Part shown: positions 51,255-61,940 of the stretch, one piece after another
Layout: the number at the start of each line of letters is the position of its first letter
Position numbering within the stretch: the first letter of the stretch is position 1
Program-made: the position numbers and the translations under genes
Origin: an uncultured bacterium
GTDB lineage: Bacteria; Verrucomicrobiota; Verrucomicrobiia; Limisphaerales; UBA8199
Length of the DNA: 64,000 nucleotides
Reading direction: 5' to 3'
NCBI GenBank assembly: GCA_963749495.1
Contig: CAVVMW010000023.1
Location: forward strand, 352,001 to 416,000
Notes under the pieces: generated by a model
Databases searched by the model: none
What the model saw: only the letters and a program-made list of their open reading frames with translations
Told to the model about the DNA's origin: nothing

Positions 51255-52673
51255 ATGACGGACAGCGGCACATTGTTGTCGGAATACGTGAGGACCGGGT
51301 CGGAGCCGGCCTTTCGGGACCTGGTGGGGCGCTACTTCGACCTGGTTTATTCGTCGGCCTTGCGGTTGGTGGGCGGGGACGCACAACTGGCGGAGGATGT
51401 GAGCCAGACGGTTTTCCTCAACCTGGCGCGCAAGGCCCGCGGGCTGCCTCGGGACGTGATGTTGGGCGGCTGGCTGCACCGAGATGCGTGCTACGCCGCT
51501 CGGGCGCTCATGCGCCGCGAACGCCGCCGCCAGAAACGCGAAAGGCAGGCTATGGAAATGAGCGCGATGGAGGATCACTCGGCGTCCAACCTGGCGCAAC
51601 TGGCGCCGCTTTTGGACGAGGCGATCGAGGAGTTGAGGACGGAGGATCGCATCGCCATCCTGCTGCGGTTCTTCGAGCAGCGCGACTTTCGTTCCATCGG
51701 CCTGGCGCTAGGCAGCAACGAGGAGGCCGCGCGAAAGCGGGTGGGGCGCGCGGTCGAGAAACTGCACGGGTTGCTCAAAGGCCGGGGCGTGAGCCTGTCG
51801 GCTGCGGCGCTGGGAACGGTGCTGGCGGCAGAGACAATTACAGCGGCGCCCGGCGGACTCGCGGCGAGCATCGCCGGCAGCGCGCTTGCCGGCGCGGGAG
51901 TGGGCGCCGGCCTCCCGGCAACTCTGCTCAAAATGGCAGCTATGACAAAAATCCAATCAAGTCTCCTTGGCGCCGTCGTGCTGCTCGGGGCGGCGACGTC
52001 CCTGGTGGTTCAACATCGGGCGCAAGCCGCCATCTGGACGCTGGACGCGTCACTGCGGCGGCAGTCGGCCGAACTGGCCCGGCAACAGTCCGAGAACGAG
52101 CGGTTGACGCGGCTGGTGCCGGACGGCGCCTCCGGCTTGAACAGCCTCGGCGACCTCGCGAGCCTCCGCGGCGAGGTCGAGTTGCTCCGCAAGCGGACTG
52201 ATGGCCTTGCCGCAAGCGTGAATGAAAAGCCCAGTACGTCCTTCCCGATCCTCCAGAGGCATGAGGAGGACAAGAAGTGGCGGATTGCCCAAATGAATTA
52301 TACCGGGCGTTGGCTCCGGGCGTTCCACGCGTTTGCCAAGGAAAACCACAACCAGTTTCCAACCAGCTTCGACCAAGCCATGCCATTTCTGTCAGGGGAG
52401 AGCACCCGGCCCTTTCCATCGGAGGAAGCCACGGCCCAAACCAACTTCACGCCCGGCCAGTTCGAAATCGTCTATCGCGGCCCCGCCACCGACATCGCCC
52501 ATTCGGACCTGGTCGTCGTCCTGCGTGAAAAGCAACCCAGCCGCGCCTATGACGGCGGGTGGTGGCGGGCGCACGGTTTTGCGGACGGTCATTCCGAAGT
52601 TAACTACTCGGCCGATGGTGATTATACGGCTTGGGAAAAGCGGAAGATCGTCGGGCCGCCACTCGACCCATGA
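51255..52673 (+). CDS. ECF sigma-70 factor with TM and C-terminal extension
   Basis: AFRDLV..Y..LVYSSA, AEDVSQTVF, GWLH and region 4 LRFF...IG...AARKRV. Confidence 0.9.
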   Translation: MTDSGTLLSEYVRTGSEPAFRDLVGRYFDLVYSSALRLVGGDAQLAEDVSQTVFLNLARKARGLPRDVMLGGWLHRDACYAARALMRRERRRQKRERQAMEMSAMEDHSASNLAQLAPLLDEAIEELRTEDRIAILLRFFEQRDFRSIGLALGSNEEAARKRVGRAVEKLHGLLKGRGVSLSAAALGTVLAAETITAAPGGLAASIAGSALAGAGVGAGLPATLLKMAAMTKIQSSLLGAVVLLGAATSLVVQHRAQAAIWTLDASLRRQSAELARQQSENERLTRLVPDGASGLNSLGDLASLRGEVELLRKRTDGLAASVNEKPSTSFPILQRHEEDKKWRIAQMNYTGRWLRAFHAFAKENHNQFPTSFDQAMPFLSGESTRPFPSEEATAQTNFTPGQFEIVYRGPATDIAHSDLVVVLREKQPSRAYDGGWWRAHGFADGHSEVNYSADGDYTAWEKRKIVGPPLDP

Positions 52674-53662
52674 GAACCGCCTTCAGAATCGGCATCGTCG
52701 GCGCGCTCATTACCCTGAGCGCGGGAGTGCCCTGGGCGTTGCACAACCATGCGCGGATCGAGCTGCGCGCGAGGCTCGATGCCCTGCGGCAACAGGCTGG
52801 CCGGTTGTCGTTCCTGGTCCAGGAAAATGGACGGCTCTCCAATCTCGTCGCCCGCGCCAAGGCCTCTCCGCCGCTCACCGGGGAACAGCTTCGCGAGTTA
52901 TTGCGGTTGCGCAACGAAAGACGCGCTCTTGCCGAACAAACGAACTGGGTTGCGGGATTGCCGGGTGAGAACAGCCTGGCCTCGCCGGCGCAGATTCACC
53001 GCGCGGAGTCCGCTGAAATGGTTGAAGCCATGAAGCGGATTCTGCCCTGCCTTCAGCCCGCCTTGGACCTGTATGCCTTGGCCCACTCCAACCAGCCCCC
53101 AGCAGGCAGCCTCTCCGACCTCGAAGACTATTTCCCAATGGTTGATGGGCGGAAGATGGCCGGGCTACACACATTCCACTTCGCCCGGGATGACGCACCC
53201 AGACCAGGGGATGCCTTGCTGTTGCGCGTGGACGTGCCGGGGGACGGCACCCATGCGCGGATCTACGGGTTCAGCGACGGACGCGTAGTTGAAGTGACCT
53301 CCGAAGATGGCCGCTTTGGCGATTGGGAGGGGCAACATTTCAGTTCGCCCCCGGCCGGTACGGAGGAGAAGATCTTCCTGGAGTCCGAAGACAGCGCTCG
53401 AGACCGGGCTCATGTCACGAAGCTTGCGGCATCGGTCGGGATTTCCCCCGAGGACGCCAGCCGTTTCTTCGACCAACTCAAGCAGCAGAAACAGGTCCTC
53501 GACCAGAAACGGGAGGAGATGTGGAAGAGCCTGGCCGGCTCAGTCGAGGAGAAGCAGAGTCAAATACGCGCTGCCGAGCAGGAGGAATTGACCAAACTGG
53601 CCACCGAGACGCTCGGAGACAAAGGCCCCGCCCTTGCTCGCAAGATGGCTGAGGGGATGTAG
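52670..53662 (+). CDS. Hypothetical membrane-anchored protein resembling the sigma C-terminal extension
   Basis: ATGA overlap with the sigma gene; TM, coiled coil and RIYGFSDG motif. Confidence 0.7.
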   Translation: MRTAFRIGIVGALITLSAGVPWALHNHARIELRARLDALRQQAGRLSFLVQENGRLSNLVARAKASPPLTGEQLRELLRLRNERRALAEQTNWVAGLPGENSLASPAQIHRAESAEMVEAMKRILPCLQPALDLYALAHSNQPPAGSLSDLEDYFPMVDGRKMAGLHTFHFARDDAPRPGDALLLRVDVPGDGTHARIYGFSDGRVVEVTSEDGRFGDWEGQHFSSPPAGTEEKIFLESEDSARDRAHVTKLAASVGISPEDASRFFDQLKQQKQVLDQKREEMWKSLAGSVEEKQSQIRAAEQEELTKLATETLGDKGPALARKMAEGM

Positions 53663-53760
53663 GAGCGGGAAGGATCACTGGGCGCATCGCTTCGGCGTTG
53701 CAAGCGCGCGGTCTTTCGGCACAATGGGCTGCGGCAGTATGGCACACCCGTGAACTGAAA

Positions 53761-56700
53761 ATGAACACCCGCTCTCACTCTTTCTGCGCCGCATTGCGCC
53801 CGGCCATCACCGCGCTTGCGACAATGCTCTGTTGCTGCGCCGCCATCCGGGAGGGCCGCGGCTCGGCGCTGGAGCGCGCCTTCGTTCAGCCGCCCCGCTC
53901 CGCCCAGCCTTGGGCTTACTGGTGGTGGCTGGACGGCGCCGCCAGCCGGGAGGGCATCACGGCGGACTTTCAAGCCATGAAGCAACAGGGCATCGCCGGG
54001 GTGCTCCTCTTCGATGCCGGCGTAGGGGGCACCAATGCGCCCAAGGGACCGGTCTTTATGAGCGAGGCCTGGCGCGAGTTGTTCCGGCACGCCCTGCGCG
54101 AGGCGGACCGGCTGGGCATCGAGATGGGAGTCAACTTGTGCAGCGGCTGGAATGCCGGCGGCACCTGGGTGACGCCTGAGTTGGCCGCCAAGAAACTGGT
54201 TTGGTCCGAAACTGTCGTGGACGGCCCCGGCGAGAAGCTGCTGAGCCTGCCGCTGCCGCCTGTGACTGCGAACTTCTATCGCGAGATCGCGGTCCTGGCA
54301 TTGCCGCTGCGCGGCACTCGGACCAACCAGATCCTGAATCTCGAATTGAAGGCCGGCCGCCAGTACGCCCAAGCTCCCTCGTGCAATCAATTGGCCGAGA
54401 TGCTGGCATGGGATGAAGCCGCGGACACGGACCAGGACACGCCGCCGGGCGAGGCCTGCTGGCTGGACGAGGTCCAGGTCCTGGCTGGGCCGCTCGATGC
54501 TCAGGGGCGGCTGAGCTGGCAGGCCCCCGCCGGGCGCTGGCTCCTGCTGCGTTTCGGCTACACTCTGCTGGGCTCGCGCACCAAATGCTGCAGCCCCGGC
54601 GCCGAGGGGCATGAAATCGATTTCTTCAACCCCGCCGCGTTCGACGACCACTTTGCCCACACGGCAGGGCCTCTGCTCGAAGACGCCAAAAGCGTCGGCG
54701 CCAGGGCGCTCAAGTACTTCCACGTGGACAGCTACGAGTCGGGCAATCCGAGTTGGACCGAGTATTTTGCGGACGAGTTCCGCGCCCGTCGCGGCTACGA
54801 CATGCTCAAATGGATGCCGGTCCTGGCGGGCCGCATCGTCCAAGGCCCCGAGGCCGCCCACCGGTTCTTGTGGGACATCCGCCGCACCATCGCGGATCTT
54901 TACGCCGCCAACTATTACGGGCGCCTGGCCGAGCTGTCACACCGCGCCGGACGCCGCATTCACCCGGAATCCTCCGGGCCGTTCTGGCATCAGATCAATG
55001 CCCTCCAATGCGCCGGCGGCAATGACATCCCCATGACCGAGTTCTGGAAGCGCGTGGATGAAGACAAGGAATCGGTCGCATGGCTCACAGGGTGCGAGGC
55101 CTTTTGCAACCTGGTCAAGCAGGCCGCCTCGGCCGCCCACACTTACGGCAGACCCCTTTGCCAGGCGGAGGCCTTTACCTCCATGGGCCCCAACTGGGAG
55201 GAGGACCCGTTCGCCTTGAAAGACATTGGCGACCGCGCCTTTTGCGCCGGCCTTACGCGCAATGTCCTCTGCTTCTTCGTCCACCAGCCCGACACACGGG
55301 CCTTTCCCGGTTACGAATGGGAGGCCGCCGGCACGCATTTCGATTCCCATATCACCTGGTGGGACCAGGGCCGCGCCTGGCTGACCTATCTTGCCCGCTG
55401 TCAACTCCTGCTCCGCCAAGGCCGGTTTGCCGCCGACTTCTGCTATTTCTGCGGCGAGGATGTCCCGAATTTCGTGCCCGCCCGTGCCCAGGAGACGCCT
55501 CCGCTGCCCCCGGGGTTCGACTGCGATACAATCAACGCCGAGACGCTGCTGAACCGGCTCTCCGTGAGCAAGGGAGACCTGCGGCTGCCCGACGGCATGA
55601 GCTACCGTTACCTGGTCCTCCCGCACCGCAAGCGGCTCGCGATGTCGCCTCCACTCCTGCGCAAGCTCTCATCGCTCGTGCGCCAAGGGGCGGCCATCAT
55701 CGGCCCTCCTCCGCAACACGCGCCCGGCCTGTCCCATTGGCCGGTGTGCGATGACGAAGTCCGCGTCCTGGCCCGCGAATTGTGGGGCGAGAATCCCGGC
55801 CTGGCCGGCGAAAACAAGGTGGGGCGCGGACGGGTGATATGGGGCCGGCCGCTCGACGAGATCGCCCGAGCCGACCGCTTGCCGCCGGACGTCGCCTTCC
55901 GGGAACTGAATCCCTCTCCGCCCTCGGGTTTTGCGCCCCGCTTCGATGGCGTCAAGTCGCCGCTCGATTGGATTCACCGGCGTGACGGCAGAACGGACCT
56001 CTATTTCGTGGCAAATCTCAGCCGGCAGGCAGTGTCCGCGCGGGCCGTCCTCCGTGCTGCGGGCGGCCCGCCCGAGTTGTGGGATGCAGTGACCGGTGAG
56101 ATGCGCGCCCTGCCGGAGTTCACCGTGGAAGGAGCGCGCACCATCATCCCCCTCGACTTCGCGCCCAAGCAGAGCTTCTTCATTGTATTTCATCCCGGAG
56201 CCGGCGCAAGGGCGCCTCGGGCGGGAACCGGGAATTTCGCGGAATTGGAGAACTCTGTCTCGGCTCGACGGCTCCTGGGAGGTCTTTTTCGACCCGGCCT
56301 GGGGCGGCCCGGCGCGGGTCACGTTCGAGACGCTCGAAGACTGGACGCACCGGCCTGAGGAGGGCATCCGATATTACTCCGGCACTGCAACCTATCAGAA
56401 GACTTTTGAGCTTTCACCTGCTGCGGTCGGCGGTGCGCCAAGGATGTTCCTCGACCTGGGCCGCGTCAGGAACCTCGCCCGCGTCCAGCTCAACGGCAAG
56501 GACCTGGCTGTCGTTTGGACCGCCCCCTGGCATGTCGAAATCACGGGGGCCGTCAAGCCGGGCGCCAACCAGTTGGCCATCGAGGTCGTCAACCTGTGGC
56601 CCAACCGCCTGATGGGCAACGCCAAACTGCCCCGCGAACAGCGCCGCACCAGGACCAACGTCCAGAAATTCCAGCAGCCGGGCCTCACCCCCTTGGAATC

Positions 56701-56770
56701 CGGCCTCCTCGGCCCGGTGACTATCCAGGCCATGACCCAAGGGCCGGGTTCCAGAAAAAAAGGCGCCTGA
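53761..56770 (+). CDS. GH106-like alpha-L-rhamnosidase (frameshift near 56255)
   Basis: PWAYWWW, GWNAGG, HVDSYE, PMTEFW, AEAFT and ESGLLGPV motifs; paralogue of 4625-8332. Confidence 0.85.
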
Positions 56771-56908
56771 TCGGCCGCGTTGTCCTGGAACGTGGCGAGG
56801 TCATTGGCCACAGACCAACGAAAAGGCCTCCCCGGAAACAGCAGGATCATTTTTGCACCCTTGCGGTACGGCTGTTCCGAGCTATTTTGTTCGATACGTT
56901 CCCAAGTT

Positions 56909-57346
56909 ATGAATACGACGAAAAACAATTGCATGGTTCAACCCTATTTGTGCTTCGAGGGCCGCTGCGAAGAGGCCGTCGAATTCTACCGCAAAGCGCT
57001 CGGCGCCGAGGTGATAATACTCGCCCGCTTCAAGGACAGCCCGGATCCGACAATGTGTGCGCCAGGCAGTGGGGAAAAAGTGATGCATGCGAACCTCCGC
57101 ATCGGCGAGACCACGTTGCTCGCGTCCGATGGCCGATGTCAGGGGCGGACGAATTTCGCGGGGTTTTCGCTGTCACTGACGGTGCCTGACGAAGCCGAAG
57201 CGATTCGGTTGTTCGCCGCCCTGGAAGATGGCGGGAAGGTGCAAATGCCGCTGGCCAAGACGTTCTTTTCAGCGCGCTTCGGCATGGTCGCTGACCGCTT
57301 CGGCGTCCCATGGATGATCTACGTGGCGCATCCGGTAGAGAAGTGA
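56909..57346 (+). CDS. VOC / PhnB-like glyoxalase-family protein
   Basis: QPYLCFEGRCEEAVEFY, VMHA and FGMVADRFGVPW motifs. Confidence 0.9.
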   Translation: MNTTKNNCMVQPYLCFEGRCEEAVEFYRKALGAEVIILARFKDSPDPTMCAPGSGEKVMHANLRIGETTLLASDGRCQGRTNFAGFSLSLTVPDEAEAIRLFAALEDGGKVQMPLAKTFFSARFGMVADRFGVPWMIYVAHPVEK

Positions 57347-57420
57347 TTTGTTCACAAGTCCTGTGCCACGATGAAGCAGGCTCGCACCGCGTTGTCGCCC
57401 AAGGCATCCCCGGACGGGAC

Positions 57421-58248
57421 TCAATAATAGTAAGTGGTCACGCCATCCGGCCCGCCCAGCGCACGGGGCTTGAGCAGGGACTTCTTGCGGATGACAGTGC
57501 TTCCATCGGCCTGGCCCACCGGTTGGTCGGGGGTAATCGACCACCCAAGCCCGACGCGGCCGCCCAAGGTCGTCTCATCGAACCCGCCCATGTGCCCAAC
57601 GTCCCAAAATTTGGAACCCGGAGTCTTGCTCACCCGATGCGTGATGAAGGCCCTGCGGCTGTCGCACTCCTCGGTCTTGGTCGGCCAGGGCCGCTCGTTG
57701 AGCTCGGCCACCGGGTTTACCGTGCCGGTCCCATCCACGTACTTCATGAGCGGCGTGAGGTTGGCCAGCCACATGTACGGCGTATAGACATACGACGCCG
57801 TCGTATCCCATCCCCCGTAATCCTTGGTGGTGGGGTCGGCAAAGTTGCTCATGCTGTCGTAATTGCCCCAGAGCCGGCCGAAATTCAGGCGTGTGATGGG
57901 GCAGATCAGGATGGCCGTGTTCGGCACATAGGTCTTTCGCATGAGGTCCACGATGCTGCTTCCCACGTTTGGGGGTGTTCGATGATAATCGGGCGAACTG
58001 TCGTCATGCCGCGCGAATTTCCCGCTGTTGTCGTCCGCATAGGCGATCTGGGACAGGTACTGCTGCCGGATATTGTCCACGCAAGACACCCGCATGCCGG
58101 AGTACTTGGCCTTGGACAGCGCCGGCAACAGCATCGCCGCCAGAATGGCGATGATGGCGATCACGACGAGCAATTCGATAAGCGTGAACCCTGGCTGGCA
58201 GGAGCTCCACCGGCTCACCGAGATGCGTTCGTAACTCCGGGATTGCAT
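57421..58248 (-). CDS. Prepilin-type N-terminal cleavage domain protein
   Basis: [30 protein letters not shown]-terminal ADGS. Confidence 0.9.
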   Translation of the reverse strand: MQSRSYERISVSRWSSCQPGFTLIELLVVIAIIAILAAMLLPALSKAKYSGMRVSCVDNIRQQYLSQIAYADDNSGKFARHDDSSPDYHRTPPNVGSSIVDLMRKTYVPNTAILICPITRLNFGRLWGNYDSMSNFADPTTKDYGGWDTTASYVYTPYMWLANLTPLMKYVDGTGTVNPVAELNERPWPTKTEECDSRRAFITHRVSKTPGSKFWDVGHMGGFDETTLGGRVGLGWSITPDQPVGQADGSTVIRKKSLLKPRALGGPDGVTTYYY

Positions 58249-58342
58249 AGCTTCAGCATAACGGACTGGCACGGAAATGCAAACGCGAACAGTCGGCGGC
58301 GCGCGGGCGGGTGCATTTCGCTTTCTTGGGTGGCCCCATCGA

Positions 58343-58377
58343 ATCCCGAAGGGATACAATCACTCAGCCCAGGGTTG
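58343..58377. repeat. Left half of a REP-like palindrome split by an insertion
   Basis: ATCCCGAAGGGATACAATCACTCAGCCCAGGGTTG is nearly the reverse complement of 61227-61261. Confidence 0.85.
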
Positions 58378-58547
58378 AACGAAGCCGCTTCGCGGCGGAG
58401 AAGACGGGACTCCTGCGGCTTCGCAGTTCGCAGGCTGGAGGGCTTGTTTTGCATTGGCCTTTGGTGGGGACTCCCCCAGACTGATGACGGTTCGCCGTGC
58501 ATTGACGCACGGCAAACCGTCACCATTAACTTGTAGCTACCGCAGCT

Positions 58548-59435
58548 ATGGATATAAAAAAAGTTCTCCTCACGCAATCCTGAACCGCTTTGCCGATGAC
58601 CTGGCTCTGCTGCCGCTCCAGCCCCGAAGCCAAGAGATCTACTGGGTCTGTGTACGCCAACTCTCCGATCACTTTGAGCGCTCGCCCAACTTGGTCAGCG
58701 CCGAGGAACTGCGCCAGTATTTCATCCATCTCAAGACCGAGCGGCACTTGGCCCGCCAAACCTCCACGCAGGCTTTGTGTGCCATCAAACTCTTCTGGGA
58801 GAAAACCCTCCAGCGGCCCTGGCCCGCGGAACTGGAGTTTGTGCGCGCCACGCCCCAATTCAAGCTGCCAGTTATCCTCTCGGCCTCCGAGGTGCGCACG
58901 ATTATCGCCCAGGTTGGCCCTCTGGACCATCGGGTCGCCCTGACGACGATCTACTCCTGTGGCCTGCGCTTGGGCGAAGCCGTCAACCTGGAAGTCGGCG
59001 ACATCGATTCCCAACGGATGTTCTTGCACATCCGGGCGGGCAAGGGCAACCGCAACCGTTATGTGCCCTTGCCCCAGCGCACCCTGGAACTGCTGCGCGA
59101 ACTCTGGCGCAGCCACCGCCATCCACGATGGCTCTTCCCAGCTAAAGGCCACAGCGGTCTGGGCGCTCTTACCGCCACCGACCATGAACCGCACCACGCT
59201 GCAACGAGCCTTCCGTCTGGCCCTGCACGCCAGCGGCATCAAAAAGGCGGCCCACATTCATACGCTGCGCCACAGCTATGCCAGCCACCTGCTGGAGCAA
59301 GGCGAAAACCTCCGCCAATTGCAGGTCAACCTCGGCCATCACAGCCCCGTCACCACCGTCATCTACACCCACTTAACCACCCTCTGTCAGACTCAGCACC
59401 AGCAGCGCATTAACAAGTTCATGGGCAACCTCTAG
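58548..59435 (+). CDS. Tyrosine recombinase/integrase (apparent frameshifts near 58560 and 59180)
   Basis: SAM-like N-terminus; catalytic [17 protein letters not shown] and IY motifs. Confidence 0.9.
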
Positions 59436-59446
59436 GCGGCCTCTCA

Positions 59447-60689
59447 ATGGCCGCAGCCGCTCAGGACAGCGGCAGCTCCTTATCCGTCCACGAAGTGTTG
59501 TGCCGATGGGCTCCGGCCTATCTGGAGCAGTTCGGAGCTGCCATGCCCACCCGCCAGTGCCGGGTGCTGCAACGCCTCTTGGCTTGCCGCACCCCGGCCC
59601 TGGGCGGGGCGATGTACTGTTGCCCCAAGTGCAACCACCGCCACTTCAGTTATCACTCCTGCAACGACCGGCACTGCCCGCAGTGCGGCGGCCAGGATGC
59701 CCAGCAGTGGCTTGATGAGAATAGCGCCCTGTTGCTGCCGGTGAACTATTTCCTGGTCACCTTCACCGTGCCCAACGGCTTGCGCCGCTGGATCCGCTCT
59801 CACCCCCAAAAGGGCTATGACCTGCTCCTGGCCGCCAGTTCCCAGGCCCTGCAGGATCTGGCTCAAAATCCCAAACGCCTCGGCGCCACCCTCGGTATGC
59901 TGGGCGTGCTCCACACCTGGACGCGCACCCTCGAATACCATCCCCACGTCCACTACCTGGTGCCCGGCGGGGGCCTCAGCCCGGACCAGCGCCAGTGGAT
60001 CTCCAGCCGCCCTCGGTTCCTGTTGCCGGTCAAAGCCCTGAGCAATCGCTGCCGCACGCTTTACCACCAGGCACTCCAAGAGCAGATGCCCGAGGCCCTT
60101 GATGACCTCCCGGCCAACCTCTGGCAGCAACGCTGGGTCGTTCACAGCGCTGCTGTCGGCAGGGGCCAAAAGGCGTTGCGCTACCTCAGCCGTTACGTGT
60201 TTAAAACCGCCACCGGCAATCGCCAACTCCAATTGCTGCCTGACGGACGCTTGCGCTGGCCCTTCCGCCACAGTGCCACGGGGGCTTGGGGCCACATGGA
60301 CATGGCCCCCTTCGAGTTCCTCCGCCGCTTCCTCCAGCACGTCCTGCCGCTCAGATTCCATCGGGTCCGCCGCTTTGGCTGGCTCCATCCCGGGGGACGC
60401 GCCCAGTTCAACCGCATCCGAGCCCCTGCTCAAAATACCGCCCTTACTCTTGGCGGCCGAGCAAGCCGCTTGGCAGCCTCCGACCTCCAGCCCGCCGACT
60501 GACCCGGCCTTGGCCGCTCAAGGAGTCTCCGCCCAGCCCACACCCCTGCCTGTCCGGCAGGCAGGCCTGCTTTGTCCGCATTGTGGCACCGGGTTGGTCC
60601 TGGTCGGCTCCTGGCGCCCATGGGACAACGTCATCCACTTGCCCGACGGCTCCCCCCTCGGCGTCCGCCGCACCATCAGGCCGCCATGA
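59447..60689 (+). CDS. IS91-family (Y2 HUH) transposase with Zn-binding domain (frameshift near 60425)
   Basis: CPKC..SCNDRHCPQC, VTFTVP, HPHVH, YLSRY and FLQHVLP; C-terminal CPHCG. Confidence 0.92.
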
Positions 60690-61086
60690 AAACCACGCCC
60701 TGGACCACCTCACTGCTCGTTCCGGCTGGGGGGCCAACTCCCACCCCCGCGCTTTGTTCGCGTGGCACCCGCTTCAGCGTCCCAAGGGGCCGGCGGCCGA
60801 TCCCGGAACCTCCACGACGCTGCTGCCCAGTCAGCACCGGGACTGGCGCAGCTTGGCACGGCTCTGACCCGTCCCCAAAAGCCTCGACCGCACACCGTAG
60901 TCAAAGCCAAATCCGGCACTTTCCGCAGTACCCCCAAGGATGGCCCAACGAACCTTGGGCCGCGGCTTCGTTCAACCCAGGAATGTAAAGAACACGGGGG
61001 CGGTCCCAACTTCTCCAAAGTCACTTCTGTATTCCCGAGTCCCGGATTATCTCGCCCCCGCGTTCTCTACATTCCTTTTTCTGTTG

Positions 61087-61261
61087 CGCGGAACGCGCTA
61101 CCCTGGGTCACGCGCCCTCTGAACAACTACCCTGAAAGGGTTGCATCGCTCAAACCCTTTCAGGGTAACCAACGTCGGTGGCTTGTCCCCAGGGTAGCCC
61201 CGCCCCTTCTTGCGAAAGGGCGGGGCAACCCTGGGCTGAGTGATTGCCATCCCTTCGGGAT
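61087..61261. repeat. Right part of the split REP-like palindrome
   Basis: GCTACCCTGGG..ACCCTGAAAGGGTT..AACCCTTTCAGGGT..CCCAGGGTAGC..CAACCCTGGGCTGAGTGATT..ATCCCTTCGGGAT. Confidence 0.85.
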
Positions 61262-61306
61262 AAGTGAACGCTTGACATCCGCCTCTTGCCCGGCACACTC
61301 CCGGCA

Positions 61307-61765
61307 ATGAATGCGACTACAATCTTAACATCACAACAACTACGAAAGGCGGCAAACGTCAAAGAAAGGATTGACGCGCTCCAGGAACAACTGAACGAGG
61401 TGCTTGGCGGGGAAGTCCTTGCTCCTGCCGCCATAGGAGCACATCGAAGGGCAAAGAATGGGAGGAGAAAGAGCAGAAGAAGGATGGCCAGGACCGAAAG
61501 TGCTTTTGAAATGGCACCGGCGGCGGAACCAGCAAAACGGCAGCGGAGAAAGATGAGTCCGGAGGGTCGCGCGAGCATCCGTGCCGCTCAGCAGGCAAGA
61601 CGGGCCAGGGAGAGAGCCGAAGCCCAATCCAAAATGGCGCCGGTGACAGAAGAAGCAAAGCCCAGAAAGCGGAGGAACATCAGTGAGGCCGGGAGAAAAG
61701 CCATGGCCCTGGCTGCCAAGAGGAGATGGGCAAAAGCGAGGGCGGCAGGAAAGACCAAGCTGTAG
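61307..61765 (+). CDS. Small basic putative nucleoid-associated protein
   Basis: Coiled-coil N-terminus; two K/R-rich repeats (RRKMSPEGRASI / RRNISEAGRKAM); TTGACA-16-CACACT upstream. Confidence 0.7.
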   Translation: MNATTILTSQQLRKAANVKERIDALQEQLNEVLGGEVLAPAAIGAHRRAKNGRRKSRRRMARTESAFEMAPAAEPAKRQRRKMSPEGRASIRAAQQARRARERAEAQSKMAPVTEEAKPRKRRNISEAGRKAMALAAKRRWAKARAAGKTKL

Positions 61766-61898
61766 GATAGAGCCTCTCCCAAAAGTTCTGATTCCGGACC
61801 TTTGTCGCAGCCTTTGTCGGCACCTTTGTCGAGAAATGGCCAATCCGACAAAGGTCTCGACAAAGGCTGCGACAAAGGCTGCGACAAAGGTTGCGACC
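61766..61898. repeat. Palindromic (CCTTTGTCG)n/(CGACAAAGG)n repeat, copy 2
   Basis: Matches 254-366; between convergent genes. Confidence 0.85.
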
Positions 61899-61940
61899 TT
61901 TCGGGCGCACCTCCACAGTCCCCCCAATTCCAAGCCCGAG

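Larger units (their letters stand above)
58374..61086 (+). mobile_element. Tyrosine-recombinase + IS91-type transposase element with attC-like right end
   Basis: 17-bp IR (58372-58388 / 60962-60978); hairpin 60970-61089; GTTG at both junctions; flanks rejoin into one REP. Confidence 0.8.

Noticed and set aside
58548..59435. Classical integron integrase with a cassette array
   Set aside because: Only one attC-like hairpin, the integrase lies inside the unit and co-oriented with it, and no obvious IntI insertion or attI; kept instead as the cassette-like element finding
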